Positions 36,600-49,051 of a stretch of DNA of 64,000 nucleotides are shown one piece after another. Source of the DNA: Octopus vulgaris (taxonomy: Eukaryota). The notes under the pieces were generated by a model. It had not been told where the DNA came from and searched no databases. It saw nothing but the letters and a program-made list of their open reading frames with translations. Within the stretch, counting starts at the first letter, position 1. Every line of letters starts with the position of its first letter. Location: contig OX597829.1 in NCBI GenBank assembly GCA_951406725.2, positions 20,026,001-20,090,000 of the forward strand, given 5' to 3'. The translations under genes were made by a program, and so were the position numbers.

Positions 36600-37040
36600 A
36601 TATATTGCCCACATGGGCTAAACATTGAGAGGACAAACACAGACAAAGGGATTAAGTATATTACATAGACCCCAGTGTGTAACTGGTATTTATTTAATTG
36701 ACCCAGAAAGAACGAAAAAAAAAGTCGGTCTTTGCGGAATTTGAACTCAGAACGTAACGGCAAATGAAATACCGCTAAGCATTTCGTCCGGCATGCTCAC
36801 GATTCTGTCAGCTTGCCACCCTACAAAATAATTATTTCTGCTCTAGCCACAAGGCCCTGAATATTCTGGAGAAGGGGACTAGTTGATTACATCAACCCCA
36901 GCGTATCAATTTATCGACCCTGAAAGGTTGAAAAGTAATGTTGACCTTGGCAGAATCTGAACTCAGAACGTAACGGCAGACAAGATATTGCAAAGCATTT
37001 CGCCCGGCGTGCTAATGTTTCTGCCAGCTTGCTGCCTCTT
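36600..37040 (-). mobile_element. family B SINE dimer
   Basis: Two gaactcagaacgtaacggca...ctgccagctt units. Confidence 0.75.
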
Positions 37041-37384
37041 CTTATTTATAAATATTGATATATTCATAGACTCACTCTTACATACAAGTTTACCACCTCA
37101 CCTCTTCCCCTCTACCCTTCTCTCATCATCTGCCTCTCCATCTCGGGTGCTTTGGGGGATTCACACTCTCTCTTTCCCTTCCTCACTATCTCCATAGTAG
37201 CATCCAGTATCTCTTTCCTTCACTGCACCCACGTAGCATCTAATTTTCTCTCATTAATCTCTTGTTGCAATTTTTTTGCCTCCTCAACACTCCTTGTCTT
37301 TCCTTGTTCTTTCCAACCAGCACAACAACCATCCCAACTCCTCTCTGTCTTTCAATGACTTGCTCAGAATTCCTCTCCAACCTA

Positions 37385-38590
37385 TAGTCCAGTTGGTCAT
37401 AGAGCATGACCTGAATGTCACAGGCTTCCCTTTCCAGCTCAAACCAGCAGGGCTACACTGAGGAGATGGTAAAAGGCCTGACAGTATGGCAATTTTCCCA
37501 TTCCATAGCAGTAGGCTCTTCATCTGGGATGCCACATCCTGTGATACCTTCTCCAGTGGTAACTTGGTGTGTTCAGGTGCCACTCCAAGCTCCACTACTC
37601 ATCTGGCTGAGAAACACAAACTATCAAAGTATCGGTTGCTCTCTGACAGGTTTAAGGCCGAGCCTGTGGCAGTGGAGACTTCTGGTGTTCTTGCCCCATC
37701 TTGACCATATCCTAGCTCAGTGCTATTGGGACAGAGATGGCTATCCACAATTACAAGACCTGTAAGTCACAGCGGTTGTTCATCTCCCTCAACAGGATCT
37801 CTTCGATTTGAACGGCAGTTTTTAAAATAATTTCTATGTAGCTAAAAAATTTTAAACTTCATATACTGGTAGAATGTGTTTGTAAAACATCTTTTTCTCT
37901 TGGCTTTCTTGAGAAAATTCTATAGTTTGTAAGATATTTTCTTCAATTTTTGCAATTTCAACCAATCAATGACGTCTATTGAGGTGAAAACGATTTCTGC
38001 CGTAACATTTTATGGCGGTGTCATATGAAAATATCTCTTTTTCATGAGAAAAAAGATACCCTATGGCCATAAACTGAGGGGTCACTCATAAACAGAGCTG
38101 GATAACAAAACCGTTCCCTCTTTAGTGTCCACCCATAATTATGACCCTAGTATCGATCTATTGCATTTCAATCTGTTTTAGGGTTAGGGTTAGAGTTAGG
38201 GTTAAGGTTAGGGTTAGGGTTTATGGTTAGGGTTAGGGGTGGGGAGAAGGGTATCTTTTTTTCTTCAGAAATGTAAATAAACCCAATCTATTTCTTAAAC
38301 GAGGGACATTTTCATATTTCACCACCAGAAAATTTTACGGCAGATAATGTTTTCACCTCAATAGACGTCATTGATTGGTTGAAATTGCAAAAATTGAAGA
38401 AAATATCTTACAAACTATAGAATTTTCTCAAGAAAACCAAGAGAAAAAGATGTTTTATAAACACATTCTACCAGTATACAAAGTTTAAAAGTGTTTAGTT
38501 ACATAGAAATTATTTTAAAAAACTGTCGTTCAAACCAAAAAGATCCCCTCAACATCTTCGGGGACAACGCCTTTTCCATTTTCTCTGCTT
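37385..38590 (+). mobile_element. CRE-like (restriction-like endonuclease) non-LTR retrotransposon 3' fragment, split by a foldback element
   Basis: GFPFQLKPAGLH*GDGKRPDSMAIFPF..RLFIWDATSCDT...AEKHKLSKY...PVAVETSGVL; resumes after 38546 as LNIFGDNAFSI, a QRGNA-like terminal motif. Confidence 0.75.
37795..38546. mobile_element. foldback DNA element with GGATC TIRs, perfect 8-bp TSD and (TTAGGG)n core (Merlin-like)
   Basis: TSD cctcaaca at 37787-37794 and 38547-38554; about 230-bp inverted arms; about 10 TTAGGG-like units at 38178-38239. Confidence 0.92.
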
Positions 38591-38697
38591 GGACTATGAC
38601 ACGACCTGAATTACAGGAAATCAAGAGAATGTAAAAATTTTGTAGCTCACTACACTTTTCATATTATGTAAAAATGGAAATTACAGTCCTACAACAT

Positions 38698-38736
<39 letters not shown>

Positions 38737-40042
38737 ATGAAGTCTATTGCTCCATTCCCCTTATAATAATGTAAGCAACTCTAGACTCCCACCCAGCGTA
38801 ACTCATCCTATCACTTTTCCAGTCTATCCACTCCTTTTCTCAATAGCTTGTATCTCTAATTGCTTCCCTGTCATAATCTCCTTCACTACTTCCTGTTCAT
38901 GACTATAAATCTATTCTTCTCATCTTCCTCTTCCTCAACCCCTCCCCCAACCAGAATCATTTTTCTCTCTTCTATGCTCTTTTTGTTGAGCTCTTAGCCG
39001 AACAAGTTCGGAAATGAGCTTCACTAGTGCTGGTACTACAAAGAAAACAGCTGTATAAAGTGGTTGGCGTTGGGAAAGACATGCAATTGTAGAAACCTTA
39101 AGGCGTAGGAGTGGCTGTGTGGTAAGTAGCTTGCTTACGAACCACATGGTTCCGGGTGCAGTCCCACTGCGTGGCACCTTGGGCAGGTGTCTTCTACTAT
39201 AGCCTTGGGCCGACCATAGCCTTGTGAGTGGATTTGGTAGACGGAAACTGAAAGAAGCCCATCGTATATGTATATATATATATATATATGTATATGTATA
39301 TGTATGTGTGTGTATATGTTTGTGTGTCTGTGTTTGTCCCCACAACATCGCTTGACAACTGATGCTGGTGTGTTTACTGTTTACGTCCCCGTAACTTAGC
39401 GGTTCGAATAAGTACTAGGCTTCCAAAGAATAAGTCCTGAGGTCGATTTGCTCGACTAAAGGCATGGCCACAGTCATGTGACTGAAACAATTAAAAAGAA
39501 AAAGAGTAGTATTTAGATTCATCAGAACCTGTTGAGCCATTCAAACCATGCCAAAAGGAAAACTGGAGGTTAACGGCTAATTTGTGTGTGTGTAAAAATG
39601 AGCTAAAAGAAGTAACTCAGAGTGACCAGTGGCATGTATTTGAACAATATAGACGAATATAGGTATATATAATAAATTCATGATTTATTAAATATCTACC
39701 ACTGCATCACAGTTAACAACTCTGGAAAGTTTTTGATTTTGAGATTATCTCCCCTTTTCAAGTTGAGCTGGTTTTATAATTGCCATTTGGTAACCATGAC
39801 ACATACTCTAGAGACGGAGATAATTTTAATAAATCAAGAATATCTGCAATGCCTGTATTTGTTTTTGAACTACGTGCTACTGACCACTATAGGTTATTTC
39901 TCTTAGCTCTATGTTTAATTTATGCAAACTACTCAGGCCATAAATATGTTGTACTTATTCTTCAATAAATCCCTAAGCTATTGGTGATAATGTTGGACAA
40001 GTGTTATGCTTATTGTCTACGTCTGTCATCTCATCTGTAGAC

Positions 40043-40542
40043 CAGGGGTTCTCAACTATTTTTTGTCTGTACTCTTACTCTTTACTCTTTTACTTGTTTC
40101 AGTCAGTTGACTGCGGCTATGCTGGAGCACCGCCTTTAGTCGAGCAACTCGACCCCGGGACTTATTCTTTGTAAGCTCAGTACTTATTCTATCAGACCCT
40201 TTTGCCGAACCGCTAAGTGACGGGGACATAAACACACCAGCATCTATGCACACCTTTAATTACTATTTTATTCTGGTGGATCCCTATAGCCATTCGAAAT
40301 TTAAAATCTAGTATTATGGAAACTTCTTTCATAATTCCTATTTTATTTTTCACACATTCCCTCGTGTAGGTTGAACTGTGTAAAATGTTAGAGAATGAAA
40401 CCAAGCCGTATACCAATACATACTTCTAACGCAAAGTTTTTTCAGAGGCCCTTAAAATACTATTGTGGATCCCTAATTGACCATTTTGTTACGTGGACCC
40501 CCCCCCCCCCCAATCTTATATGGACCCAGTTGAGAACCATTG
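40043..40542. mobile_element. hAT/Charlie-like MITE with a nested SINE fragment
   Basis: caggggttctcaact ... agttgagaaccattg; TSD ctgtagac / ctctagat (NTCTAGAN-like); family A 3' part inverted at about 40075-40245. Confidence 0.75.
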
Positions 40543-40557
40543 CTCTAGATAATCTTT

Positions 40558-41192
40558 GGATCTTTTCCTTTTGAACGGCAGTTTGTAACATAATTTCTAG
40601 GTAACTAAAAAGTTTTAAACTTCGTATACTGGTAGAATGTGTTTATGAAACATAATTTTCTCTTGGTTTTATTGAGAAAATTCTATAGTTTGTAAGATAT
40701 TTCGTCTGAAAATCCGAGCATTTCGGCAATTTTAACCAATCCTATGCTCTCTTTTGAGCTAAAATCATTTGCTGAATCTAAAACTGAGACAACATCCTGT
40801 CACTAACCCTAAACCTTATCTTTTTTTTCTTAATTGTTAAATTAATTTAATTGTTACGCGTGTAAAAAAAAACGAAAGCAATGGAAAATAATCTAAACAA
40901 TTAACAAACAAAATAATTTTATACACACGCTTTCCGTACGTATACGGAAAGCGTGTGTATAATATTATAGAATTATTTTGTTTGTTAATTGTTTAAATTA
41001 TTTTCCATTGCTTTCGTTTTTTTAGCTCAGAAGAGAGCATAGGATTGGTTAAAATTCGAAAAATTAAACTACGTTAAACAAACAAATTACAATTTTCTCA
41101 AGAAAGCCAAGAGAAAAAAATGTTTTATTTTGACACATTCTACCAGTATACGAAGTTTTAAAGTGTTTAGTTAACTAGAAATGTCTGCCGTT
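40558..41192. mobile_element. third GGATC foldback element with a nested central hairpin
   Basis: Left TIR ggatcttttccttttgaacggcag...aaacttcgtatactggtagaatgtgt; the right TIR runs into a SINE; inner inverted repeat at about 40864-41023. Confidence 0.8.
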
Positions 41193-41802
41193 CTACACTA
41201 GGCACAAGGCCGGAAATTTTGGGGAAGGGGACCAGTCGATTAGATTGAACCCAGTACGCAACTGGTACTTAATTTATCGACCCCCAAAAGGATGAAAGGC
41301 AAAGTCGACCTCGGTGGAATTTGAACTCAGAACGTAAAGACAGACGAAATACCTGTTTCTTTATTACCCACAAGGGGCTAAACATAGAGAGGACAAACAA
41401 GGACAGACATAGGTATTAAGTCGATTACATCGGCCCCAGTGCGTAACTGGTACTTATTTAATCGACCCCGAAAGGATGAAAAGCAAAGTCGACCTCGGCG
41501 GAATTTGAACTCAGAACGTAACGGCAGACGAAATACCGCTAAACATTTCGCCCGGCGTGCTAACGTTTCTTATTTCTTTATTGCCCACAAGAGGCTAAAC
41601 ATAGAGGGGACAAACAAGGACAGACATAGGTATTAAGTCGATTACATCGACCCCAGTGCGTAACTGGTACTTAATTTATCGACCCCGAAAGGATGAAAGG
41701 CAAAGTTGACCTCGGCGGAATTTGAACTCAGAACGTAACGGCAGACGAAATACAGCTAAGCATTTCGCCCAGCGTGCTAATGTTTCTGCCGGTTCGCCAC
41801 CT
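41190..41802 (-). mobile_element. tandem trimer of family B SINE
   Basis: Three successive tcgacccc.aaaggatgaaa.gcaaagt.gacctcgg.ggaatttgaactcagaacgtaa units; CpGs largely intact. Confidence 0.9.
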
Positions 41803-44800
41803 TGGATAATAAGTCTGTACTTTTCCCTTATTTTGCATGTCAATTTTGGAGACCCTGTAATCTTTGGATTATCTCCCCTTCTCAATTGAAGCTGATCTTG
41901 ATTACCATTTAGTAATTCTAGCTAGAAATAATTTCAATAAATCAGGAACTTTGTATGGTTTTTTTTCTAAATCTGTATTTGTCGATATATTTATGTATAT
42001 TCTATGAGAAATACAGAGTAACAGTTTGTGACGATTGAGGATACAATATTTTTTCTCGTATCCAATATGTTTTTATTTTATATCTCGTTTACACTCGTTT
42101 TCATTTATCTATCTACGCTAATTACACAGAGAAAAAGATTGTAAGCGTGCCTTTGTGTGTGTGTATGTGAGAGAGGGAGAGAGAGAGAAAGAAAGAGAAA
42201 TTGGAAAAGGAGTAGTGAAGAAGAAAGAGAAATAAATAGTAAGATAAAGGGTGAAAGTGAGAGGGATGATAGAAACGAATGAGGAAGGCTTGAGAGAAAA
42301 AGAGAGAGTGGGGAGGAGGAGGAGGAAAGAAAGCGTGAAAAGAGTAGCAGAAGACTAGAGACAATGAGAAGGAGAAATAAGATACAGGATGAAAGCAAGA
42401 GGGATGTTAAGAGATGGATGCAAGAGTGAGTGTTAGAGGAATAGTTATAGTGAAGGAATAAGAGTAAGATAGAGAGAGAGAGAAAGAAGTCGTAATAAGT
42501 AAGCGTGACAGTACCACTATCTCTCCTCTTAATGAAACATATATATCTATACAGGTGGCGTGCTTATCGTAGCAGAAGCACCAATGTCTCACACTAGTAA
42601 GCTGGTTGTGAGTTTTTGTCACAGATCATTTGACGGACCTTTAGTTCTAAAGTGACCTTAGAGCGATTTCTGTTTTCTTCTTTTGTCTTTATTCTTCCCT
42701 TTTTATCCCCTCTTCATTTCTCGAGACCCTATTAATTAAATCGTCTCGCCAAGAGGGGGGAAAGAGTGAGGAAGACAGAAAGAGAGAGAGAGATAGGGAG
42801 GGAGGGAAAGTGTGTGAATGTGTGCTTGAGCGTGAGAGGGAGAGAAAGAAAGAAAGAGATTGAAGATCAACATCACAAGCAAGAACAGCAGACTGACAAC
42901 TGTTGGTGAGTAAAAAGGCAATAAAAAAAAAATTGTTGCTATTTTTTTTAATTTCGTAAATTGACATTTGTAGAGCAGTAGATTGATTTGCTTTTGTTTT
43001 CGTCTTTTTTTGTTTTATATAACTCATACTTTTTTATATATATATATATATATGACGATTTGTCTAATTCCCACACGGAAGACAACACAAACACTACGAG
43101 ACAATACTGAACGATACGAACCATGTGATCGCTCGATATCCTAGTTACAGTGGTCAAATTTTTCAAATCGTAGCTTACCTTCAGCGAAAGAGAAGGACAT
43201 GTTGCATAATGAAATCGTATAAATTAAATGCGATTGCAATGGCTGAAATGCTTTCGATAATGGGTTTCTTTGACCAGGGCTAAACCTTGACTGGTGCTAA
43301 ACAACAATGCACGTTACAAAATTAACCGGAGTCAGTGATCCGAATCGAATCGAAATTCTCTTAGTGAATGATCATATGAATATATACAAAATATATGTGC
43401 ATGCACCATAAAATGATCGCAATTACAAAGCTAGGACATAAAGCCACATTTGTGAAAAAGTATAACGTATGAAATAAGACTGGGTACAGAATCGTGACTA
43501 TTTTATTGATTTTTGATGGATAAAAAACAAAGTCTTTATCTTCTATAATTAAGTAAACGGGAAATGTCCTGAATGACTTAACAAAAAAGATAAAAATGTC
43601 ACTGAATGTTCTTAGAAAAAGAAAACAAAAACCTAGTGGTAATTCTTAACAACTCTGAAATTAAAGGGGAGGTAATCTCGTACTCTCAAGAAATTTATCA
43701 CTGGAAGCTAATTTACATGCTTTAATTAAATCCAATCTTTGTCAGTAGAAACATGTTTTAGTTTATTAGCCCTCATCAGCATACTTATAACCTAACCAGT
43801 ATACTTTTAGGGAGTGCTATAATAATTTATATGTATAATCTGTATATGTTTAAAATTTATATGTATAATCTGTATATGTTTAAAATCATCATCATTACTA
43901 TAAATAGACTGGTGAAACTGACAAACAATATTTGGTAGCCTTCAATTTTCTGATATCAAATATCATTCTTGTTGACTTTTTCTTTCTTCTCTCTAGAATT
44001 GATGAATATGTCATCTAAATAAGTTACACTTTCTCCTTCCCTCCATCCAAATTTGAATCCTTGTATTAAAGTGTTTTTGCTGTTTAGCTGCAGGTTAGCT
44101 TTTAATGATTGAGAAGTTATGAGGCCAAAGATGTTCTATCTGTGGCTGTTCTGATATCTTTGTAAGTTTTTGACAAGATTAAGATTTTTTCCTAACTCTT
44201 TTGATGCCAACCTGCTCAAAACTGCACTCGGTAAAACTTCCATTTCAATTTAAATTCCAGACGGGAGGTTAATAATGCCTAAGTTGTTCTACTAAATCCT
44301 CCATTATTTTACAAAATTAATTGAAGCAAAAAGCAGTGTATTTCGTTACTAACATAGTAACAGAACAGTTAAGATAGTAAGGTGATATTTGAAGGAGACT
44401 CGACTAGTATGTACAGTGGTTAGCTTATGTAAAGGCTCCTTTGTTGATTTGTGCATCAGTGTTGCACAGGTAGTGGATAACAGTAAAGTAAATATTAAGT
44501 AAAACCTCAAACAAATTGCCTTGCACAATTTGAGTAATTTTTCTTTAGATTCTGAGTTAAAATCCCACCAAGACACAGAATCCTTTTAGAACATCAAACA
44601 AAATGGTTAATAGTAACTACTTGCAATGACTTACATTCTGAGTTCAAATCCTACTAAGATCAACTTTGTGTGTTGTGCTTTTAACAGGTAGGAGTGGGAA
44701 GGAGAAGCTTATAAAATACAGTTCTAATCTAGTATTGGAATTAATTTATAATCCTATGATTGCATTCTAAATATGAATACAATTATAATAATTTATAATC

Positions 44801-44924
44801 CTGTGATTGTATTCTAGATATGAATGCAATTATAATAATACACAGAGAAAACACTAATGACGTTTTTAGTGAAATTAATCAGGGTCAGTTTGGCCTGTCA
44901 TTCTTTCCACTTTGGTAAATGATC

Positions 44925-45251
44925 ATTACCAGCATCGCCTTACTGGCATGTGAAAAAACATTCGAGCAAGGTTGTTGCCAGTGCTGCTGGACTGGCTCCT
45001 GTGCAGGTGGCAAGTAAAAAACACCATTTGAGCGTGGCGTTGCCAGTACTGCCTGACTCAGCCTTGTGCCAGTGGCACGTAAAAGCGCCCACTATCTCGG
45101 AGTGGTTGGCGTTAGAAAGGGCATCCAGCTGTAGAAACTCTGCCAGATCAAGATTGGGAGCCTGGTGCAGCCATCTGGTTCACCAGTCCTCAGTCAAATC
45201 ATCCAATCCATGCTAACATAGAAAGCGGATGTTAAACGATGATGATGATGA
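44925..45251 (+). mobile_element. RTE 3' tail copy
   Basis: Modules followed by gttaaacgatgatgatgatg. Confidence 0.8.
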
Positions 45252-45754
45252 ATACTTGCCAAGTACTGGAATTCAGTTAACTGCATCCTTGGCAAAAATT
45301 TAAAGGCATGAACCTTGTGGTCGAGCAATGTTAATATTACTTATTGAAAAAAAGTGACAACAAGCTGTCAGAATTGTTAGCAAGCCAAACACTTTATATT
45401 CCTTTTTGAATCTCAATTTAGGTCTTCCATGGTTTTTTGCATAATTGAGAGTAAAGCTGTTGTCTTGGGAGTCTGTTGTTGTCCAATCAATGTAAATTTC
45501 TAGTAATATATATATATTATTATATTGATACCTGCAGTCAGATGTCACAGCTATGACTGTTCATGGCTTTGGCATAACTTGATAAACTTTCTCTATACTG
45601 ATCGGTTTTTTATTTCAATTTGCCATTTTTTTATGATCAATTCCTTTCTACTTCATGATCCTTTTTGCAATATCTTTAAATCTCAGTCTAGGTCTTCCGT
45701 AGTTTCTTTTCCCCTTGCATATATATTTAGAGATATATTGTTTGTTTTTTCTCA

Positions 45755-46035
45755 AGACATGCCTGGCTCATAAGGGCCAGTTTCCCGGTTTCTTTGGCAG
45801 GTTCCCCACCTGGATGGGACGCTGGTCCGTCACAGGTGAGCTGCAAGATGCAGGAGGAAAGAGTGAGAGAAAGTTGTGGCGAAAGTCAGCAGAAGTTTGC
45901 CATTACCTTCTGCTGGAGCTGCGTGGACTTAGGTGTTTTGCTCATAAACACACACATTGCCTGGTCTGAGATTTGAACCTGCGATCCCTCGACCACTAGT
46001 CTGCTGCTCTAACCACTAGGCCATGTGCCTCCACT
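45755..46035 (-). mobile_element. tRNA-derived SINE (family C)
   Basis: Minus-strand head ggaggcacatggcctagtggttagagc...gcaggttcaaatctc (box A and box B); related heads at about 32815, 52350-52510 and 56460. Confidence 0.75.
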
Positions 46036-46996
46036 AGAGATATATATTTCTTTTCTGTGATATATTTTGTGTATATAGGCCCTAAAAAAAAAATTTATTT
46101 TTAAGTTTTAAATTCTGTTGAGGTTGACTTTGTCTTTCATCCTTTCGGGATTGATAAAATAAGTATCAGTTGAGAACTGGGGTTGATACAATCAATTTAC
46201 CCCTTGCCCAAAATTGTTGGCCTTGTGCCAAAATGTGAAACCAATATCATTTTTTTTGAAAAGCTTTTTTAAAAGATAGAATCAGTAAAATGTTGGGAAA
46301 AAATTTTTGTATATATTTTCTGAATTCAAATCTTACTTGGGTTAATAAAACAAGTATCACTAATAACTAAACAGAGAAAGGTAGCAAATCATTAACATAC
46401 TGGGTATAATGCTTACTGGTATTTTGTCCATCTTTACGTTCTGAGTTCGAATTCCACCATGGTTGACTTTGCCCTTCGTCCTTTTGGGGCCGATAGAATA
46501 AGCACCCCCTGTTGCGCAGTGGGGTATTGGGGATTGATGTATTTGACTCATGCTCTCCCCTGAACTTGCTGGCCTTCTGCCAGAATTTGAAACCAATATA
46601 CAAAGGATTCATTGAATTTATATGTGGGTGGGTGTTGTGTGTGTTATACCTCCTTGCCTTGACTTTCTTTGTAAATGAGTGCAAGCAGTGTTTTCTTTCC
46701 AGTCTTCCATGAAAATATTACCTTAGTTGCAAAGAGGTGTGTATGAGCAACAGGAGGGGCATCAAGCTCTTGAGAGTAAAGCAGTTGTCTAGGGAGTCTG
46801 TTGCCCAATTATATGTACATGGCCCGACCAATGTAAATTTTTAGTAATATATATATATATAATATTATATTGATATCTGCAGTCAGATGTTGAAAATCCA
46901 GTCCATGAGAGCATGGAAATGTAGATGCTAAAACTGGTGGGGATAATGATGTTGATATATATATATACATATGTACATACAGATACATGTATAGCT

Positions 46997-47640
46997 ATCT
47001 ACGTATCATACTTATTGTATAAACACAGTTGATTGGCCAGTTACTGTGGTGTTCTTACTGACATAACATCTCTTATGGATGTGCTGTGTTAAACAAAATT
47101 AATATTGAATAGAGACGGAAGCTTGCCCCAGCAGAGGTTAGCAAAAATACCAGATGCTGTTTGGCATTTTTGGGCCTCTTCAGTGACATGTACTTGCAGC
47201 CGGCCACATGCCTGAATAAGGCTTTGTCACCAATACAGGAAACAGTAAATAAAGCATTTACTGATGTTGCAAATAGCTGCCTGGCTGAATAAAAAATCCA
47301 GTAATCACAACTGAGATAGTATTAAGTTAAAATTGACATTTACGTATTGTACTTAATGTATACACACTGGAGGTGAGGAATTCTCATTCAGACATGTGTC
47401 TGGCTTTGAGTACAGGTCATTAATGAAACCCAAAAAACATGCTGAAATGCATCTGGTATTGTTGCTGGCTTCTGCTGCTGCTGGGTTAAGTTTTCATCTC
47501 CTTTCTTCATGAATTTTGATTTTAAACTCAGCACAACCATAAGGGGGGTTATCTCTGGAGGAATACTGCAGTGACTGGCCTATCAACTATGTATGATACA
47601 TAGACGGCAATTTTAATTTAATAATGTCTCAGTTTCATCT
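46997..47640. repeat. old inverted repeat with decayed hammerhead-like motifs in both arms
   Basis: Arms at about 46997-47215 and 47390-47603 are reverse-complementary. Left arm (minus): gtcaCTGAAGAggcc..gccaaacagcatctggt. Right arm (plus): gtcattaatgaaac..gctGAAAtgcatctggt. Confidence 0.65.
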
Positions 47641-47889
47641 AACAGATATACATACATACATACATACATAAATGTGTGTGCATATATATATATATATACA
47701 CATACACATAGATGTATGTATATATGTGTGTATGTGATAAAGAAGTTTTCTTCCTGATAACTTGGCATTTAGACTCAGTCCAACTGCATGCTACCTCATA
47801 GATGTACCTCCACTATCCAGAACTTTGGGCATGAAGTTGATAGGTGGAAATTGACATAAAGCACTGCTTTGTATGTATTATCACCATCA

Positions 47890-48310
47890 CCATCATCATC
47901 ATAGATGTTCTCACACAAGCATCATACAATCTACCTTTTACTCAGAGAGAGAGAGTCCTTTTGCTGCCAACAGAGGTAGTAGTTCTCTGAACTTCCTTCA
48001 CCCTATTCTTATTCTAGAAACAATACTTTCAGAGCATCCACCACCATTACTAATTTGGTCACCTAAATAGCAGAAACTATCTACTACATCAAGAGAGCCT
48101 CCTGGGCCTTTGAGAGAGTTTAAGTCCCTTGCGCTCTTTGTGCTTATTGTTCCTGCATATCTGCCACACATGAAAGCAACCTTATCTGATAATCTTCCTA
48201 CCATTCCAATGCATCTCTTATGTGTCCATAGCTTACACCTGGTGCGATTGGTATTACATCCCACTCCTTTCTTATATAATGAACAGAGCCATTTGCCAGC
48301 CGGAATGAGT
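47890..48310 (-). mobile_element. RTE LINE RT fragment
   Basis: RCKLWTHKRC...FMCGR...LDVVDSFCYLGDQISNGGGCSESIVSRIRIG*RKFRELLPLL. Confidence 0.85.
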
Positions 48311-48488
48311 GTGTTATCTCATATGTATATATATATATATATATATATACTTATTATATATTGATTATTCATTTTTATACATTTTGAGATCTAGTAATAT
48401 GTTTTATAAAAATATATTCTATTTGTTATTTATGTTTTGGTTTATGTCTATCACTGTTTGAGTTGCATAAAAGTGGTTTCATCTCTAA

Positions 48489-48548
<60 letters not shown>

Positions 48549-48595
48549 ACACACACATACATACATATATGTACGTATAAAAGGAAATAAATGAC

Positions 48596-48755
48596 AAGAA
48601 TGACTTCACTGGTAGTTCTAATCAATTTAATTTTTGAATAATAAAATTTACAGTTTAGTTTGTAGAACTAGTTTGAGACTAGATCTACAAACTGAACTGT
48701 AAAATTATATTATTAAAAAATTAAATTGATTTGAACTACCAGTGAAGCCATTCTT
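48596..48755. repeat. about 160-bp near-perfect hairpin embedded in (TA)n blocks
   Basis: aagaatgacttcactggtagttc...tttgtagaactagt-ttgag-actagatctacaaa...gaactaccagtgaagccattctt. Confidence 0.9.
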
Positions 48756-48806
48756 TTCCTTTTTCAAGTATACCTAACTGTACCGAAGATTTCACAAATT
48801 TTCCCA

Positions 48807-48809
<3 letters not shown>

Positions 48810-48886
<77 letters not shown>

Positions 48887-48965
48887 GTATGTATGTATAT
48901 ATATAAATATATATATATATATATTTATGTATGTATATATATAAATATATATGTATGTATGTTTG

Positions 48966-49051
<86 letters not shown>

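Noticed and set aside
38178-38239. True telomere or chromosome-fusion scar
   Set aside because: The tract is short, degenerate, single-orientation and internal to a TSD-flanked element.
43745-43785. CTGATGA matches as hammerheads (also about 35063, 56761 and 57657)
   Set aside because: No convincing stem II, GAAA and stem I combination.
43824-43885. 30-bp tandem duplication (and a ~47-bp one at 44742-44838)
   Set aside because: Ordinary AT-rich slippage duplications with no further structure.
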